Shown: positions 1 to 13,600 of the stretch, in pieces
How positions within the stretch are numbered: position 1 is the first letter of the stretch
How the letters are laid out: each line of letters opens with the position of its first letter
DNA from: an uncultured delta proteobacterium
Lineage (GTDB): Bacteria; Myxococcota; UBA727; VGSZ01
DNA: 64,000 nucleotides
Assembly (NCBI GenBank): GCA_963775425.1
Contig: CAVZJB010000013.1
Coordinates: 64,001 to 128,000 of the forward strand
Direction of reading: 5' to 3'
Program-made: the position numbers and the translations under genes
The notes under the pieces: generated by a model
Told to the model about the DNA's origin: nothing
What the model saw: only the letters and a program-made list of their open reading frames with translations
Databases searched by the model: none

Positions 1-615
1 CAGCTCCTTCACGTCGGACGTGCCCGCGAGCAGGAGCACGTTCTTCACGCGCGTCTTGAGGAGCGACGGGCTCTTGATCTGCGCTTTGTCGATGGCGACG
101 AGGCCACGCAGGGCCTCGGAGAGGACGTCTTCGTTGCCGTGGCCGAGCGCCTTGGAGAGCACCTCGGCGTCCTTGGGGAGCGCGGCGCCCTTGGCGCGCA
201 GGGCGTCGACGGCCGCCTCCACCTCGCGCGGGCTGTTGGCGCGGCGGATCTGCTCGACGATGGCGAGCACCTCGTCGGAGGGCCCGTTGATCACGCGCCG
301 CTTCTTGCCGGGGTCGGCCTCGGCCCTGGCCGGCGGCTTCTTCGCGGCGTTGCCGTTCGCGGCGGCGGGGGCCTGTTCAGGCTCGGCGATGCCGTGCTCG
401 GCGGCGCCGGGGCGCGTGGCGAGCATGTCCTTCAGGTGCTCGGGCAGCGGCTTTTCGCCGTTGAAGAACGCGTGCAGCTCCTGCTTGTAGCGCTCGTAGG
501 CGGTGTTGGCGGGGCGCCGCGGGAGCTCGTCGTCGCGGCTGGCGCCGGTGGTGCCGTCGGCGCGGACGCGCGTCGGCTCCCCGAAGGATTTCTCGCGCCG
601 TCTATCGAATGCCAT
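1..615 (-). CDS. Hypothetical helical protein, 3' end runs off the window
   Basis: Translated by hand (not in the ORF track): ATG at 615 after a GAGGAG RBS; MAFDRRREKSFGEP...AYERYKQELHAFFNGEKPLP...; open to position 1 with GC-rich third positions. Confidence 0.75.
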   Translation of the reverse strand, partial: MAFDRRREKSFGEPTRVRADGTTGASRDDELPRRPANTAYERYKQELHAFFNGEKPLPEHLKDMLATRPGAAEHGIAEPEQAPAAANGNAAKKPPARAEADPGKKRRVINGPSDEVLAIVEQIRRANSPREVEAAVDALRAKGAALPKDAEVLSKALGHGNEDVLSEALRGLVAIDKAQIKSPSLLKTRVKNVLLLAGTSDVKEL

Positions 616-742
616 GCGTCTCCTCGTGCACGGATCGGATCTCGGGGTGGCGACTCGCCGCGGCGGCGGCGTTGGTTGAACCCGGTCTGACTCGTCCCCT
701 GGGCGGCTGGGGAGAGAAGGCCCCAGCGGCTCGAACACAGTG

Positions 743-771
743 ACTGTAACCGGTTCGCGGCCGGGTGCCAA
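743..771 (-). promoter_or_regulatory. Putative sigma70-type promoter
   Basis: Minus strand TTGGCA-N17-TACAGT, about 125 nt upstream of the ATG at 615. Confidence 0.5.
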
Positions 772-777
772 AGCGAA

Positions 778-2574
778 TCAGTCCCCGACCGGATCCAGGA
801 GAACCGTCCCCTTGCTCTGGAGGAACGCGGCCATCTGCGCGTGGATGCCCGGCGCGCCGGCGAACATGTGCAAGCCGTGCGGGTTGTCGTCGGGCGGGTA
901 GTCGAAGTCCTCGCCGCGCATGACCCACAGCGCGTCGACGGCGGCGCCGTCGGCCTCGGGCGCGGCGCGCTCGTCGACGCCGAGGGCGGCGGCGAGGTCG
1001 CGCGTGGCGCCGTTGGGCAGCGTGCGGTCCCCGTCGTTCATTTGCAACAAGAGCGGCGGCGCGGTGGCGGGGCGCAACGCCGCGTAGGCGATCGGATCGG
1101 CGGGCTCGATGAGGGTCTGCAGCAAGCTTCCACACAGCGGGAGCGCGTCGTCGTAGGCGGGGTCATCGACGGAGAGGCCGATGGCGGGCTTGAGCAGGAG
1201 GCCGACGCCGGCCTTGAGCACGCCGCTTTGGAGCATGTCGTAGAAGCTCGACCCCGGCGCGTTGAGCACGCCCGCGTCGAAGCGGTGGTCGACGGCGAGG
1301 AGCGGCGCGCCCACGATGGTGCCCATGCTGTGGCCGAAGAACGTGACGCTGCCGTCGAGGTCGTCGCCGGGGACGCCGTCGACGTCGACGTGGCCTGCGG
1401 TGACGAGCGTCGCGAGCTGCACGAGGTCGAGCGACGTCTGGCGGAGGTGCTCTCGGGCGACGCGCGGATCGTCGACACGGAAGAGGGTGAAGGAGCTCCC
1501 GCGCCCCCCTTGCGACGACGCGTCGATGGAGAACACGGCCATGCCGCGCGCGAGCAACTGGTCGCCGACCTTGAGGCCGAAGGTGCGGTCGTCGTCGAAG
1601 CCGTGCTGCGCGATCACGGCCGGCCAGGGTGGCGGGAACCGCGAGGCGTCGGGGAGGGCGTAGAGCACGTCGAGGCTGACCTCGCGGCCGGGCCGGTCGA
1701 GGTCCCAGACGCCATCTTCCCCGGGGCGCATGTCGAGGTCGGTGAAGGTGCCGACGGCGACGCGGACGCCGTCGGGGAGGCGGTCGATGTGGCCCTTGAG
1801 CGCGTCGGGGAGGTCCGCGGGCGCGACCGGCGGGGCGAACGAAAACGGCGGCACGCGATCGCGGACGGCGTCGGCGGCGCGCGCGAGGTCGCCGGCGGGG
1901 TCGCCTGTGACGTAGGCCGCGACGAGGGCGAGCTCGTCGGCGTCGACGCCGAGGGCGGCGGCGGCGGCGGCGACGTCGGCTTCGCCGGCGCCGTGGGCGA
2001 AGGCGTCGAAGTCGGCGGTGCGCGCGAGGTCGCCGCCGTCGACGGAGCGGCGCACGGCGAGGAGCACGCGCGTCGACGGCGGCAGCGGCGACGCGGGGCG
2101 GACGGCGAGGTAGCCGGGATCGTTCACCCACTGCGCGTGGGCGGCGACGACGGCGCCCGATCTCTCGGCCACGACGAACGCGAGCGCGCGCTCGTCGATG
2201 TGCGCGGCGTCGAGCGGGGCGCTGAAGCGAAGGAGCACCGGGGCGTAGACGCCCCACCCGGGCATTTCGCCGAGGAAGCGCTCCCAATTCGTGAGCGTGG
2301 TCTCGGCCTCGGCGGTCCACGCCGCCTGCGGCAGATAGGCGAACGCGAAGTCGTGCGGCAGCGCGAGCTTGCCCTCCTTCACGTCGCGCGCGTCGGGCAC
2401 GGGGTTGTCCGCCGACGCCGCGTCGCTCGACCACAAAGGCGCGGGCCCCTCGTGCGCCGGCGCGCACCCGGCCCCCACGGCGACGACCGCCGCGGCGATC
2501 CAGGCGCCCCTGTGGCGCGCGCGCTCCTCGTGGGGCGCGCCTCCGTGGCGCCCGCGCTCGGCATCGCCCTGCAT
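778..2574 (-). CDS. Lipoprotein, alpha/beta-hydrolase (lipase-like) with N-terminal Ig-like region
   Basis: Hydrophobic stretch and lipobox GAGC; QHGF oxyanion motif, GHSMG nucleophile elbow, GDRTLPN acid motif and C-terminal PHG. Confidence 0.8.
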   Translation of the reverse strand: MQGDAERGRHGGAPHEERARHRGAWIAAAVVAVGAGCAPAHEGPAPLWSSDAASADNPVPDARDVKEGKLALPHDFAFAYLPQAAWTAEAETTLTNWERFLGEMPGWGVYAPVLLRFSAPLDAAHIDERALAFVVAERSGAVVAAHAQWVNDPGYLAVRPASPLPPSTRVLLAVRRSVDGGDLARTADFDAFAHGAGEADVAAAAAALGVDADELALVAAYVTGDPAGDLARAADAVRDRVPPFSFAPPVAPADLPDALKGHIDRLPDGVRVAVGTFTDLDMRPGEDGVWDLDRPGREVSLDVLYALPDASRFPPPWPAVIAQHGFDDDRTFGLKVGDQLLARGMAVFSIDASSQGGRGSSFTLFRVDDPRVAREHLRQTSLDLVQLATLVTAGHVDVDGVPGDDLDGSVTFFGHSMGTIVGAPLLAVDHRFDAGVLNAPGSSFYDMLQSGVLKAGVGLLLKPAIGLSVDDPAYDDALPLCGSLLQTLIEPADPIAYAALRPATAPPLLLQMNDGDRTLPNGATRDLAAALGVDERAAPEADGAAVDALWVMRGEDFDYPPDDNPHGLHMFAGAPGIHAQMAAFLQSKGTVLLDPVGD

Positions 2575-2653
2575 GCCGTGTGGTACCGCCGGCGCCCGCC
2601 CGAAGAATCCGCAGTCCGGCGGAGGGACCCGGCCCGACGCGCCACGTGATCCA

Positions 2654-3366
<713 letters not shown>

Positions 3367-3370
<4 letters not shown>

Positions 3371-4278
3371 GGGGCCCCCACATCGGCGACGTCGAGGCCG
3401 GCGACGCGCCAGAACTCCTCGAGGTGCTCGTTGACCAGGGCGGGCATCTCGACGGCGGCGTAGTGGGTGCCGCCGGCGAGCATGACGAGGCGGGCGGCGG
3501 GGATCTCCGCGGCCATGCGGCGCGCGGCCGACAGCGGCGTCATCCTGTCCTCGGTGCCCTGCAGGATCAGCGTCGGGCACCTCACGCGCGGGAGCACGTC
3601 GTACGCGTCGTGCTCACCGAGCTTGCGCAAGATCTCGACGTACAGGTGCATGTCGAGCTGCTTGAAGCCCTGGGCGACCTCGGAGAACACCTCGCGGTCG
3701 AGGTCGTGGTGCACGAGCCCGAGGCGGATGGCGGCGGGGATGAAGCCGGACCACGAGACCACGCCGTGGACCGCGCGCTCGAGCGCGCCGTCCACGCGCT
3801 GGGCGCCGGCGAGCATCGGGTCGACGAGCTTTTTGAGGGCGCCGCCGGCGAAGGTCGCCCAGGGACGCCCGGGGACGCCGTTGTGCAGCACCAGCGTGTC
3901 CGTGCGCTCGGGCGCGAGGCGCTGCAGCTCGAGGAGCACCTGCACGCCCATGGACCAGCCGAGCGCGTGGACCTCCTCCGCGCCGCCCGCGTCAGCGCCG
4001 ACGGCGTCGAGGACGGCGAGGGCGTCGCGCGCGTGATCCTCGACGGCGAGCGCGCGGTAGCCCCGCAGCGGGCGCCCCGACGAGTACAGCCCGCGGTAGT
4101 CCCACGACACGAAGCGGAACGTGCGCCGGAAGCGCTCGATGACGAAGCGGTACGCGTTCACCGTGGCCCCGAGCCCGTTGGCCAGGAGCAGCACCGGCGC
4201 TCCCGGCGGCCCGAACACCTGCACCCCGAGCGGCGTGCCGTCGAACGACGGCAGCGTGCGCTGCTCGAACGCGATCAT
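3367..4278 (-). CDS. Alpha/beta fold hydrolase
   Basis: NGLG, WDYRG, GWSMG nucleophile, GTED acid, GTH catalytic His. Confidence 0.9.
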
Positions 4279-4354
4279 GCCGCGCGCCTGTCGTGGGCTT
4301 TGGCGTGGCCCCTGGCGTGGCGCGGGGGCTCTCCCCCCGCCGCGGGCGGAGCGC

Positions 4355-7300
4355 TCACGCCATTCTCGCCAGCGCCGCGCTCAAGCGGGCGACCTTCTCG
4401 TCGAGGGCCTTCATGTTCGCGCGGCCCTCGGCGACCACCTCGGCGGGGGCCTTCTTGACGAACTCGGGGTTGTCGAAGCGCTTCTCGAGCCCGGCCTTCT
4501 CCTTGGTGGCCTTTTCAATCTCGCGCTGCAGGCGCGCCTTCTCCTTGTCGACGTCGATGAGGCCCTCGAGGTGCACGACGACCTCGAACGCGCCGGTCGA
4601 CTGGCGCGCGGCGATCTTCGGGCCCGCGTACGAGGCCGCCTTGGCGCGCACGACCTCCTTGAGCACGGCGAGGTGCCCGATGAGCGCCGCGTGGGTGCCG
4701 AACAGCTCGAAGGTGGCGTCGTCGCCGGCGACGAGGTCGACGCGCACGGGCGAGCGCGGCTGGAGGCCGGACTCCTGCCGCAGGTTGCGCGCGACGGTGA
4801 CGGCCTCGAGCACGATGCCCATGTCGCGCTCGGCGGCCTCGTCGACGAGCGCGGCGTCCACCGTGGGCCAGGGCGCCACGGCGCAGAACTTCACGTCGGC
4901 CCAGCGCGCCTCGCGGCCGGGGAGCCGCTGCCAGATCTCCTCGGTCTGGAACGGACACAGCGGGTGCAGCAGGCGCATCGACGTGTCGAGCGCGTGGACC
5001 AACGTGGCGCGCGTGGCCGGCGTGTCGAGCGAGGACTTGCTGGCCTCGATGTAGACGTCGCACAGCTCGGTCCAGAAGAACTGGTACATCGCGTTGGCGG
5101 CGTCGTCGAAGCGGTAGGCGTCGATGGCGTCGCTCACCTGCTGCGCGGCGCGCTGCAGGCGCGACAGGATCCAACGATCCGCCAGCGACAGCGCTCCCCG
5201 CTCGAGCGACGACACCGCCGGCACCGGCGCGTCGCCGACGCGCGCGACGCCGAAGTTCACCGCCGCGTTCCAGATCTTGTTGAGGAAGCGCCGGTAGCCC
5301 GCCGCGCGCGGCAAGGAGAGCTTCACGTCCCGCCCCTGCGCCGACAGCGCCGCCAGCGTGAAGCGCAAGCCGTCGGCGCCGGCGGCGGGCAGCCCGTCGG
5401 GGAACTCCTTCTCGAGGCCCTTCAAGACGCTCGCGAGCTTCTTGTCCGGCACCGGGTACGTCTTGGTCTTGTCGAGCAGGTCCGGCAGCGTGATGCCGTA
5501 CATGACGTCGAGCGGATCGATGGCGTTGCCGAGGGACTTGGACATCTTGCGGCCGTTGGCGTCGCGCACCATGGCGTGCAGGAACACGTCGGCGAACGGT
5601 GTCTCGCCCATCAGGTGCTTGCCGAGCCACACCATGCGCGCGACCCAGAAGAACAGGATGTCGCTGCCGGTCTCGAGGACGGCGCCCGGGTAGAAGGCCT
5701 TGAGCTCGGCGGTCTCGTCGGGCCAGCCGAGCGTCGAAAACGGCCACAGCCCGGAGGAGAACCACGTGTCGAGCACGTCCTCCTCCTGCACCCAGCGCCC
5801 CGGCTCCTTGGCGGCAAGGTCCTCCACCGAGGCGACCGTGAAGGTCTTGACGGCGTCCTCGTCGAGCGTGGCCAGCGCCACCGGCAACAGCTCCTTGCCG
5901 ATGACGCCGCGGGCCTGCTCGCGCACGGCGTCGGTGTCGCCGCCCTTCTTGTTGGCGTCGGCCTCGATGGCCTCGTCGATCTTGCTGAGGTCGTAGAACA
6001 CCGGGATGCGGTGTCCCCACCAGAGCTGCCGCGACACGTTCCAGTCGCGGATGTTCTCCATGAAGTGGTCCCACGTCTTCTTCCACCATGCGGGGATGAT
6101 GCGGGTGTCGCCGTTGTCGACGAGGGAGAGCGCTTCCTTGGCGAAGCCGGCGGTCTTCACGAAGAACTGCCGCGACAACATCGGCTCGATGACCGCGCCC
6201 GAGCGCTGCGACACCGGCACCTCGTGGCGAATGGGCGTGGTGCCGCGGAACAAGCCGAGCTCCTCGAGGGCGCGCTTCACCGCCTTGCGGGCGGCCGTGC
6301 GTTCGAGGCCGGCGAAGGCGCCGCCCTCGGCGGAGATCGCCATGTCGAGGTTGAAGATGGAGATGGAGGGCAGCCCGTGCTGCTTGCCGCGCTCGAAGTC
6401 GGTGGGGTCGTGCGCCGGCGTGATCTTCACGGCGCCGGTGCCGAGCTCCATGTCGACGTCGTCGGAGGCCACCACCACCACCCGCCGCTCGGGAAAGAAC
6501 GGGTGCAACAGCTCCTTGCCCACGAGCGCGGTGTAGCGCCCGTCGCTGGGGTGCACGCCGACGGCGACGTCACCGAGCATGGTCTCGGGGCGCGTGGTGG
6601 CCACCACGATCTCGGCCGCGTCGTCGGGGGCGCACATGGCCGCGGCCTGCTTGTCCGGGTCGTGCGGCGACGTGTAGGGCTTGGCGGCGATGGTGTGGCC
6701 CTTGAGCTTGTAGGCGAAGCGCCACAGCTCGCCGTCCTTCTCCTCCTTGTCGACCTCCTCGTCGGAGAGCGCGGTGCGCGTGCCCGGGTCCCAGTTCACC
6801 AGCCGCTCGCCGCGGTAGATGAGGCCCTGGTCCCAAAGACGCACGAACGCCTCGCGCACGGCGCGGTTGCAGCGCTCGTCCATGGTGAAGCGCTCCCGCG
6901 TCCAATCCGCGGATGCGCCCATGGCCTTGAGCTGCTCGACGATGCGGCGGCCGTTCTTCTCCTTCCACGCCCAGATGCGCTCGAGGAACTTCTCGCGCCC
7001 GAGCTCGTGGCGCGTCTTGTTCTCGTGGCGCTTGAGCTCGCGCTCCACCACCGCCTGCGTGGCGATGCCGGCGTGATCGACGCCGGGCAGCCACAAGGCG
7101 GCCTCGCCGCGCATGCGGTGGGTGCGGATGAGGATGTCCTGCAGCGTGACGAACAGCGCGTGCCCCATGTGCAGCGTGCCCGTGACGTTGGGCGGCGGCA
7201 TCATGACGACGTACGGCTTCTTGTCGCCGCGGGTGACGGCGTCGACGTCGGGTTGAAAGACGCCCGCCTTGTCCCAGACCGCGTACCAGCGCGCCTCCAC

Positions 7301-7357
7301 CTCCGCGGCGTCGTAGGCTTTCGGGGCTGAACCGTCGGTGTCGGGCGCGTTTTCCAT
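4355..7357 (-). CDS. valS: Valine--tRNA ligase
   Basis: PPPNVTGTLHMGH, DHAGIATQ, TTRPET, GTGAVKITPAHD, SRQLWWGHRIP, DTWFSS, KMSKS and C-terminal coiled coil. Confidence 0.98.
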   Translation of the reverse strand: MENAPDTDGSAPKAYDAAEVEARWYAVWDKAGVFQPDVDAVTRGDKKPYVVMMPPPNVTGTLHMGHALFVTLQDILIRTHRMRGEAALWLPGVDHAGIATQAVVERELKRHENKTRHELGREKFLERIWAWKEKNGRRIVEQLKAMGASADWTRERFTMDERCNRAVREAFVRLWDQGLIYRGERLVNWDPGTRTALSDEEVDKEEKDGELWRFAYKLKGHTIAAKPYTSPHDPDKQAAAMCAPDDAAEIVVATTRPETMLGDVAVGVHPSDGRYTALVGKELLHPFFPERRVVVVASDDVDMELGTGAVKITPAHDPTDFERGKQHGLPSISIFNLDMAISAEGGAFAGLERTAARKAVKRALEELGLFRGTTPIRHEVPVSQRSGAVIEPMLSRQFFVKTAGFAKEALSLVDNGDTRIIPAWWKKTWDHFMENIRDWNVSRQLWWGHRIPVFYDLSKIDEAIEADANKKGGDTDAVREQARGVIGKELLPVALATLDEDAVKTFTVASVEDLAAKEPGRWVQEEDVLDTWFSSGLWPFSTLGWPDETAELKAFYPGAVLETGSDILFFWVARMVWLGKHLMGETPFADVFLHAMVRDANGRKMSKSLGNAIDPLDVMYGITLPDLLDKTKTYPVPDKKLASVLKGLEKEFPDGLPAAGADGLRFTLAALSAQGRDVKLSLPRAAGYRRFLNKIWNAAVNFGVARVGDAPVPAVSSLERGALSLADRWILSRLQRAAQQVSDAIDAYRFDDAANAMYQFFWTELCDVYIEASKSSLDTPATRATLVHALDTSMRLLHPLCPFQTEEIWQRLPGREARWADVKFCAVAPWPTVDAALVDEAAERDMGIVLEAVTVARNLRQESGLQPRSPVRVDLVAGDDATFELFGTHAALIGHLAVLKEVVRAKAASYAGPKIAARQSTGAFEVVVHLEGLIDVDKEKARLQREIEKATKEKAGLEKRFDNPEFVKKAPAEVVAEGRANMKALDEKVARLSAALARMA

Positions 7358-7435
7358 CCGTGCTCCTCGTCGACGTTGGACCTAGCAGACGCGCACCGCC
7401 GGCAAAAGGGTCCGGGTCGGCTGTATGCTGGCGCC

Positions 7436-8266
7436 ATGCGCGCGCCCGTCGCCCTCCTCGCCTCCGCACTCACCGCCGCCGTCTGCGCCGCCGCCTGCGC
7501 CACCGACCGGGGGTACGGCGCCATCACCACCACGTGGGACCAGGCCACGCCCACCGAGCACGACGCGAGCAAGGACCCGGCCCCGACGGGCCGCCTCACC
7601 GCGACGCAGGCGGCGGCCGCGTACAAGACCGCCGCGGCGTGCGCCGCCGGCGCCAAGGCCTACTGGGCCAAGAGCCCGCACGCCGGGGCGGTGCTGTTGA
7701 AGGCCTGCGTCCACCGCGACGACTTCATCGACCTCGACGTCATCCTGCGCGGGCCGTGGGCCGCGGACATGCGCAAGGCCGAGCCGCTGCAGCTCATCGC
7801 CGCCGAGGTCATCGCCCATCGGGGCGGCTTCGTGGAGGCGGACACCGGGGCGGCGCGCGCCGCCGGCATCCCGCTGTACGACGTCACCACCGCCAGCGAG
7901 CAGGGCGACAAGGCCGTCGGCAAGCTCGTCCTGGTGCGCGGCGCCGTCGACGCCGTGGCCAAGGAGAAGATCGGCGGCTCGGAGGTCACGGTGGCGCGCG
8001 TGCAGGAGTCCTCGTGGGTGGACCCGGACGCCACCGACGAGGAGAGCGGGGCGCTCCCCGTGCGCGAAGACGTCGACGACACCGGCCGCAGCGTCTTCGC
8101 CCGCGTCGAAAACCGCGACCCGCGCTTCACCCGCGACCACGCCCTGGTGTTCGCGATGCGCCTCGACGGCCCCAAGAAGTACAAGGACGAAGCCGGCGAG
8201 GAGCACGACAGCCTCATCGGCGTCGCCGTCGGCATCTACGACGCCGCCTCGCGCATCCGCAGATAG
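7436..8266 (+). CDS. Hypothetical lipoprotein
   Basis: MRAPVALLASALTAAVCAAAC signal/lipobox; strong codon bias. Confidence 0.75.
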   Translation: MRAPVALLASALTAAVCAAACATDRGYGAITTTWDQATPTEHDASKDPAPTGRLTATQAAAAYKTAAACAAGAKAYWAKSPHAGAVLLKACVHRDDFIDLDVILRGPWAADMRKAEPLQLIAAEVIAHRGGFVEADTGAARAAGIPLYDVTTASEQGDKAVGKLVLVRGAVDAVAKEKIGGSEVTVARVQESSWVDPDATDEESGALPVREDVDDTGRSVFARVENRDPRFTRDHALVFAMRLDGPKKYKDEAGEEHDSLIGVAVGIYDAASRIRR

Positions 8267-8272
8267 GCCCGC

Positions 8273-8911
8273 TCAGGGCAACGCGAGCTTGTTGCGCAGC
8301 GCTGCGTCGAGCGTGGTGAAGGCGCGGGTGCGGGCGTCTTCCTCGTCGTCGCGGACGCTCATCCCCCAGGTCACGAGCGCGCCGCCGCCGACCACGCCGA
8401 CGAGGATGGCCCCGACGCCGGCGACGAAGCGGGCGTCGAGCGAGTTACCCTGGTCGTTCAAGCCCTGCTCCAGCAGGTACGACGCGACGAGGCCGGCGCC
8501 GGCGCCCGCGCCCACGCCCGCCGTGGCCATGCCGGCGCCGGTGATGACGTCGGCGCGGCCGCGGGCGTCGACGGAGGCGTCGATGGCGGCGGCGGTGGCG
8601 CTGCCGTCGACGACGAGGGGCCGCAGGTCCTCGACGTACGCCACGCGCACGCCGTTGTGCAGGTGGACCGCCTTGCGCGTGAACGTGGGCTTGTCCTCGA
8701 ACATCCTCGTGCGCACCGCGAATTCGCCGCGCTCCGGCGGCTCCGGGCGGTGCTGCTCGTAGTACGACGTGCGCAGCGCCTCGGGCGCCGACGCCGGCGG
8801 CGGCGCGTCGAGCATCACGTGCGCCGGGCAGCCGGGCCCCGCGACCACCACGACGACGACAGCGGCGATGACGGCGGCGGCGGCGGCGCGGGCGCGGGCG
8901 CGGGCAGGCAT
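8273..8911 (-). CDS. Hypothetical lipoprotein/membrane protein
   Basis: N-terminal hydrophobic stretch ending GPGC; two Gly-rich TM-like segments near the C-terminus. Confidence 0.7.
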   Translation of the reverse strand: MPARARARAAAAAVIAAVVVVVVAGPGCPAHVMLDAPPPASAPEALRTSYYEQHRPEPPERGEFAVRTRMFEDKPTFTRKAVHLHNGVRVAYVEDLRPLVVDGSATAAAIDASVDARGRADVITGAGMATAGVGAGAGAGLVASYLLEQGLNDQGNSLDARFVAGVGAILVGVVGGGALVTWGMSVRDDEEDARTRAFTTLDAALRNKLALP

Positions 8912-9003
8912 GTCGCGTCGATCGCGTCGACGGCCGCGGGTGTCAACCGGAGGCAGGGCGCGGCCGCGTTGACCGTCCGTGGGGCCGCGTGTAGCAACGG
9001 GCC

Positions 9004-10578
<1,575 letters not shown>

Positions 10579-10679
10579 GCGCCCGCAGGCCGCGACGCCT
10601 CTCGGTCCGCTCTGAGCATCTGTGTGGGTTGCACCGCCGGTGGTCGCGGGGCATGAGCTTCGTTCGCCTGAAGGATCCC

Positions 10680-13600
10680 ATGAAGTCTTGTCGCACCGCC
10701 GCCGCCACCGCCTCCTCCGTCGCCGCCGTCGCCGCGGCCGTCCTCGCCCTGGTCGCGGTGAGCGGCTGTCCCGCGCCCGAGTGCGTGGTGAACGGCGAGC
10801 ACCACGAAGGCGGGAGCACGTTCCCCTCCGACGACGGCTGCAACACCTGCGCGTGCGGCGACGACGGCACCGTCACCTGCACGACGCGCGCGTGCGCCGG
10901 CGAGGGAGAGGGCGAAGGAGAAGGGGAGGGCGAGGGAGAAGGCGAGGGCGAGGGCGAGGGCGAGGGAGAAGAGAGCCTCGTGACGCCCATCCCCGACGTC
11001 GATTGCACGCTCGGAGTGACGGGGCCGGGCTCGTTCGCCGTCGTCGGCGTCCCGGGTACGGCGTGGTCGCTGGTGCGCGCGCCCATCGGCGCCCACGCCG
11101 CGCTCGACGTCCTCGAGGGGACGCAGACGGTGCTCACCGCCGACGCCTTCGGCCTGTACGTCGTGCGCGCCACCGTCGGCGGCGCCAGCAGCGACTGTCT
11201 GGTGCGCAACCTGCCGACGTCGGAGCTGGCGGTGGAGATGTCGTGGGATCGCAACAAGGGCGACCTCGATCTCCACGTCACCAAGGCCGACGACGCGGGC
11301 CAGCTCTGCTTCACGGGCGCCTCCACCGGCTCCGTCATCCCGCCGCCGCTCGCGGACTGCGCCAACGACCTCGACTGCAACTACCAGAACTGCAAGGACA
11401 ACTCCTTCAACGCCGCCCCCGAGTGGGACGGCGTCGCCGGGCGCAGCGCCGGCGACCCCGTGCTCGCCATCGACGACCTCGACGGCTTCGGCCCCGAGGT
11501 CATCGAGGCGGACACCCTCCCCGACGGCACCTACGCCGTCCTCGTGAACGAGTTCACCGCGCCGCCGCAGCCGACGGACGCCACGGTGCGCCTGTGGGTG
11601 CGCGGGCAGCTCGTCGCGTCGCGCACCGACACGTTCGGCGCCGTGGGCGCGGTCGGCGCCACGATGCGCTTCGTCGTCTCCGGCAACCAGGTCTGCGTCG
11701 ACGACCTCTCCGGGGCAGCTCCGCTGTGCGCGGACGCGCCGAGCTGCGCGCCCGCCGACACCTGCGCGCAGTGCACCGTGGACGGCGACGGCGGCGTGGA
11801 CGGCGCCGACGGCTGCGGCGTCGGCGTCCGCTGCGACGCCCAGGCGACCGCGTGCGTGCCCGACGTGCCGCTGTGCACCGGGACCGCCGACTGCGTGCAG
11901 AGCCTGAGCTGTAGCGCGGCGACGGACACATGCGTCGAGGCCGCGTGCACCACCGACGCCGACTGCGGCCCCGTCGGCACGGGCCTGGTCTGCGACACCT
12001 CCGTCGGCGCTTGCATCTCGAGCGGCAGCACCTGCACGGAGGACGACGAGCCCAACAACAGCGCGGCCGACGCCGTCGCCGTCGACAACGGCGCGTACGC
12101 CGGCGTGCTGTGCCGCGGCGACGTCGACTTCGTGTCCTTCCCGGTGGAGCCGAACAAGCGCTACACCGTCACCGTCGACCTCGGCGGCGCGGGCGAGCCC
12201 GGCATCACCGCAGCCATCGTCGACGCGCAGGGCGTGGAGCGCCGCAACGCGGTGTTCGGCACCATCGATTCGGCGGTGACGCTCAGCTTCGTGTCGGGCA
12301 CCGCGGACACCGGCGACCTCTTCGTGGTCGTCACCGGGAGCGCCGTCACGCGCGACGCGTGGAACTACACCGTCGCCGTCGACGTGCAGGACGGCCCGCC
12401 GCCGCCGGACTGCTCCACGGGCGCCACCACCGGCGAGCCCAACGACGACTTCGATCACGCCACCGCGCTCGCCACCGGCACACCCAGGACCTTCGCGCGC
12501 TGCGGCAGCACCGACGTCGACTTCTACCGCGTCGACGTCGCGCCGCTTCACGGGCTCAGCGTCGACGTCAACGGCTTCTTCGCCGAGGACGGCAAGCTCA
12601 AGGTCGAGATCTTCGGCGCCCCGGACGGCGGCGCGCGCCTCGCCATCGGCAACACGGTCGACGACGACGCCAGCGCCGAAGCGCCCGAGGGGAGCACCAC
12701 CTACTACGTGGCGGTGTCGGCGCAGACGACGGGGGCGGCGGTCGATCAGAGCTACACCATCACCGCCACCGAGGTCGCGCGGCCGGCGGCCTGCGACGCC
12801 GACGTCAACGAGCCCGACGGCACCGTGGACACCGCGGGGGCGCTGACGCTCACCGCGGGCACGGGCGGCGCGCTCGGGGCCACGCTCGACTCCATCCGCT
12901 GCGACACCGGCGACGTCGACGACGTCGCCTTCACCCTGCCCGCCAACCTCGGCGGCACCGTCACCGTCACGTTCGACCAGAGCGAGGGCAACCTCGCGCT
13001 CGACCTGCTCGACACCGACGGCAACGTCATCGACACGTCGAACTCGTCGTCGACGAACACCCCGGTGGAGCAGGTGGAGGTGCCCGTCGCCGCCACCGAT
13101 ACGGACTTCATCGCGCGCGTCCGACTGGCGTCCGCCAGCTCGGCGGTGGCGCAGGCGTACCACCTCGAGGTCGCCACGTTCGACGGCGCGGTGTGCCTCG
13201 CTTCGGAGCCCGTCTCCGACGACACGTTCGACGACGGCACCTGCATCGGCGACTTCGCCCCGCTGTCGACGCCGTGCAGGAACGACGCGGCGCGCCTCGC
13301 GGAGCCGCTCGAGCCGGGCGACCTGGCGACCTGCGCGGCCGCGACGGACGGCACCGTGGCCGGCTGCGGCCGCGTCTGCGGCGGCAACGACACCGACGTG
13401 TTCCGCGTCGGCCCGCTCGCGGACCAGCAGGTGCTCCACGCGGTGCTCGACTTCGATCCCGCCGACGGCGCGCTGGCGCTCGTGCGGCAATTGCAAAACA
13501 CCTCGGGCACCATCTCCGAGAGCGCCACCGGTGACACCGACGGCGACGGGCACATCGAGCTGTCCTTCGTGGCGCCGCCGGGCACGCCCAAGGAGTACGC

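Noticed and set aside
620-745. 6S RNA or a known riboswitch (ZTP, yybP, guanidine-II)
   Set aside because: Only short fragments resemble these; the diagnostic motifs and the long rod structure were not found
4121-7330. 1069-aa plus-strand ORF, and similar long antisense ORFs such as 10458-14825, 19761-22889, 36656-39574, 41615-44404 and 46646-49753
   Set aside because: Shadow frames of real genes in high-GC DNA; Arg/Ala/Gly-rich, without motifs
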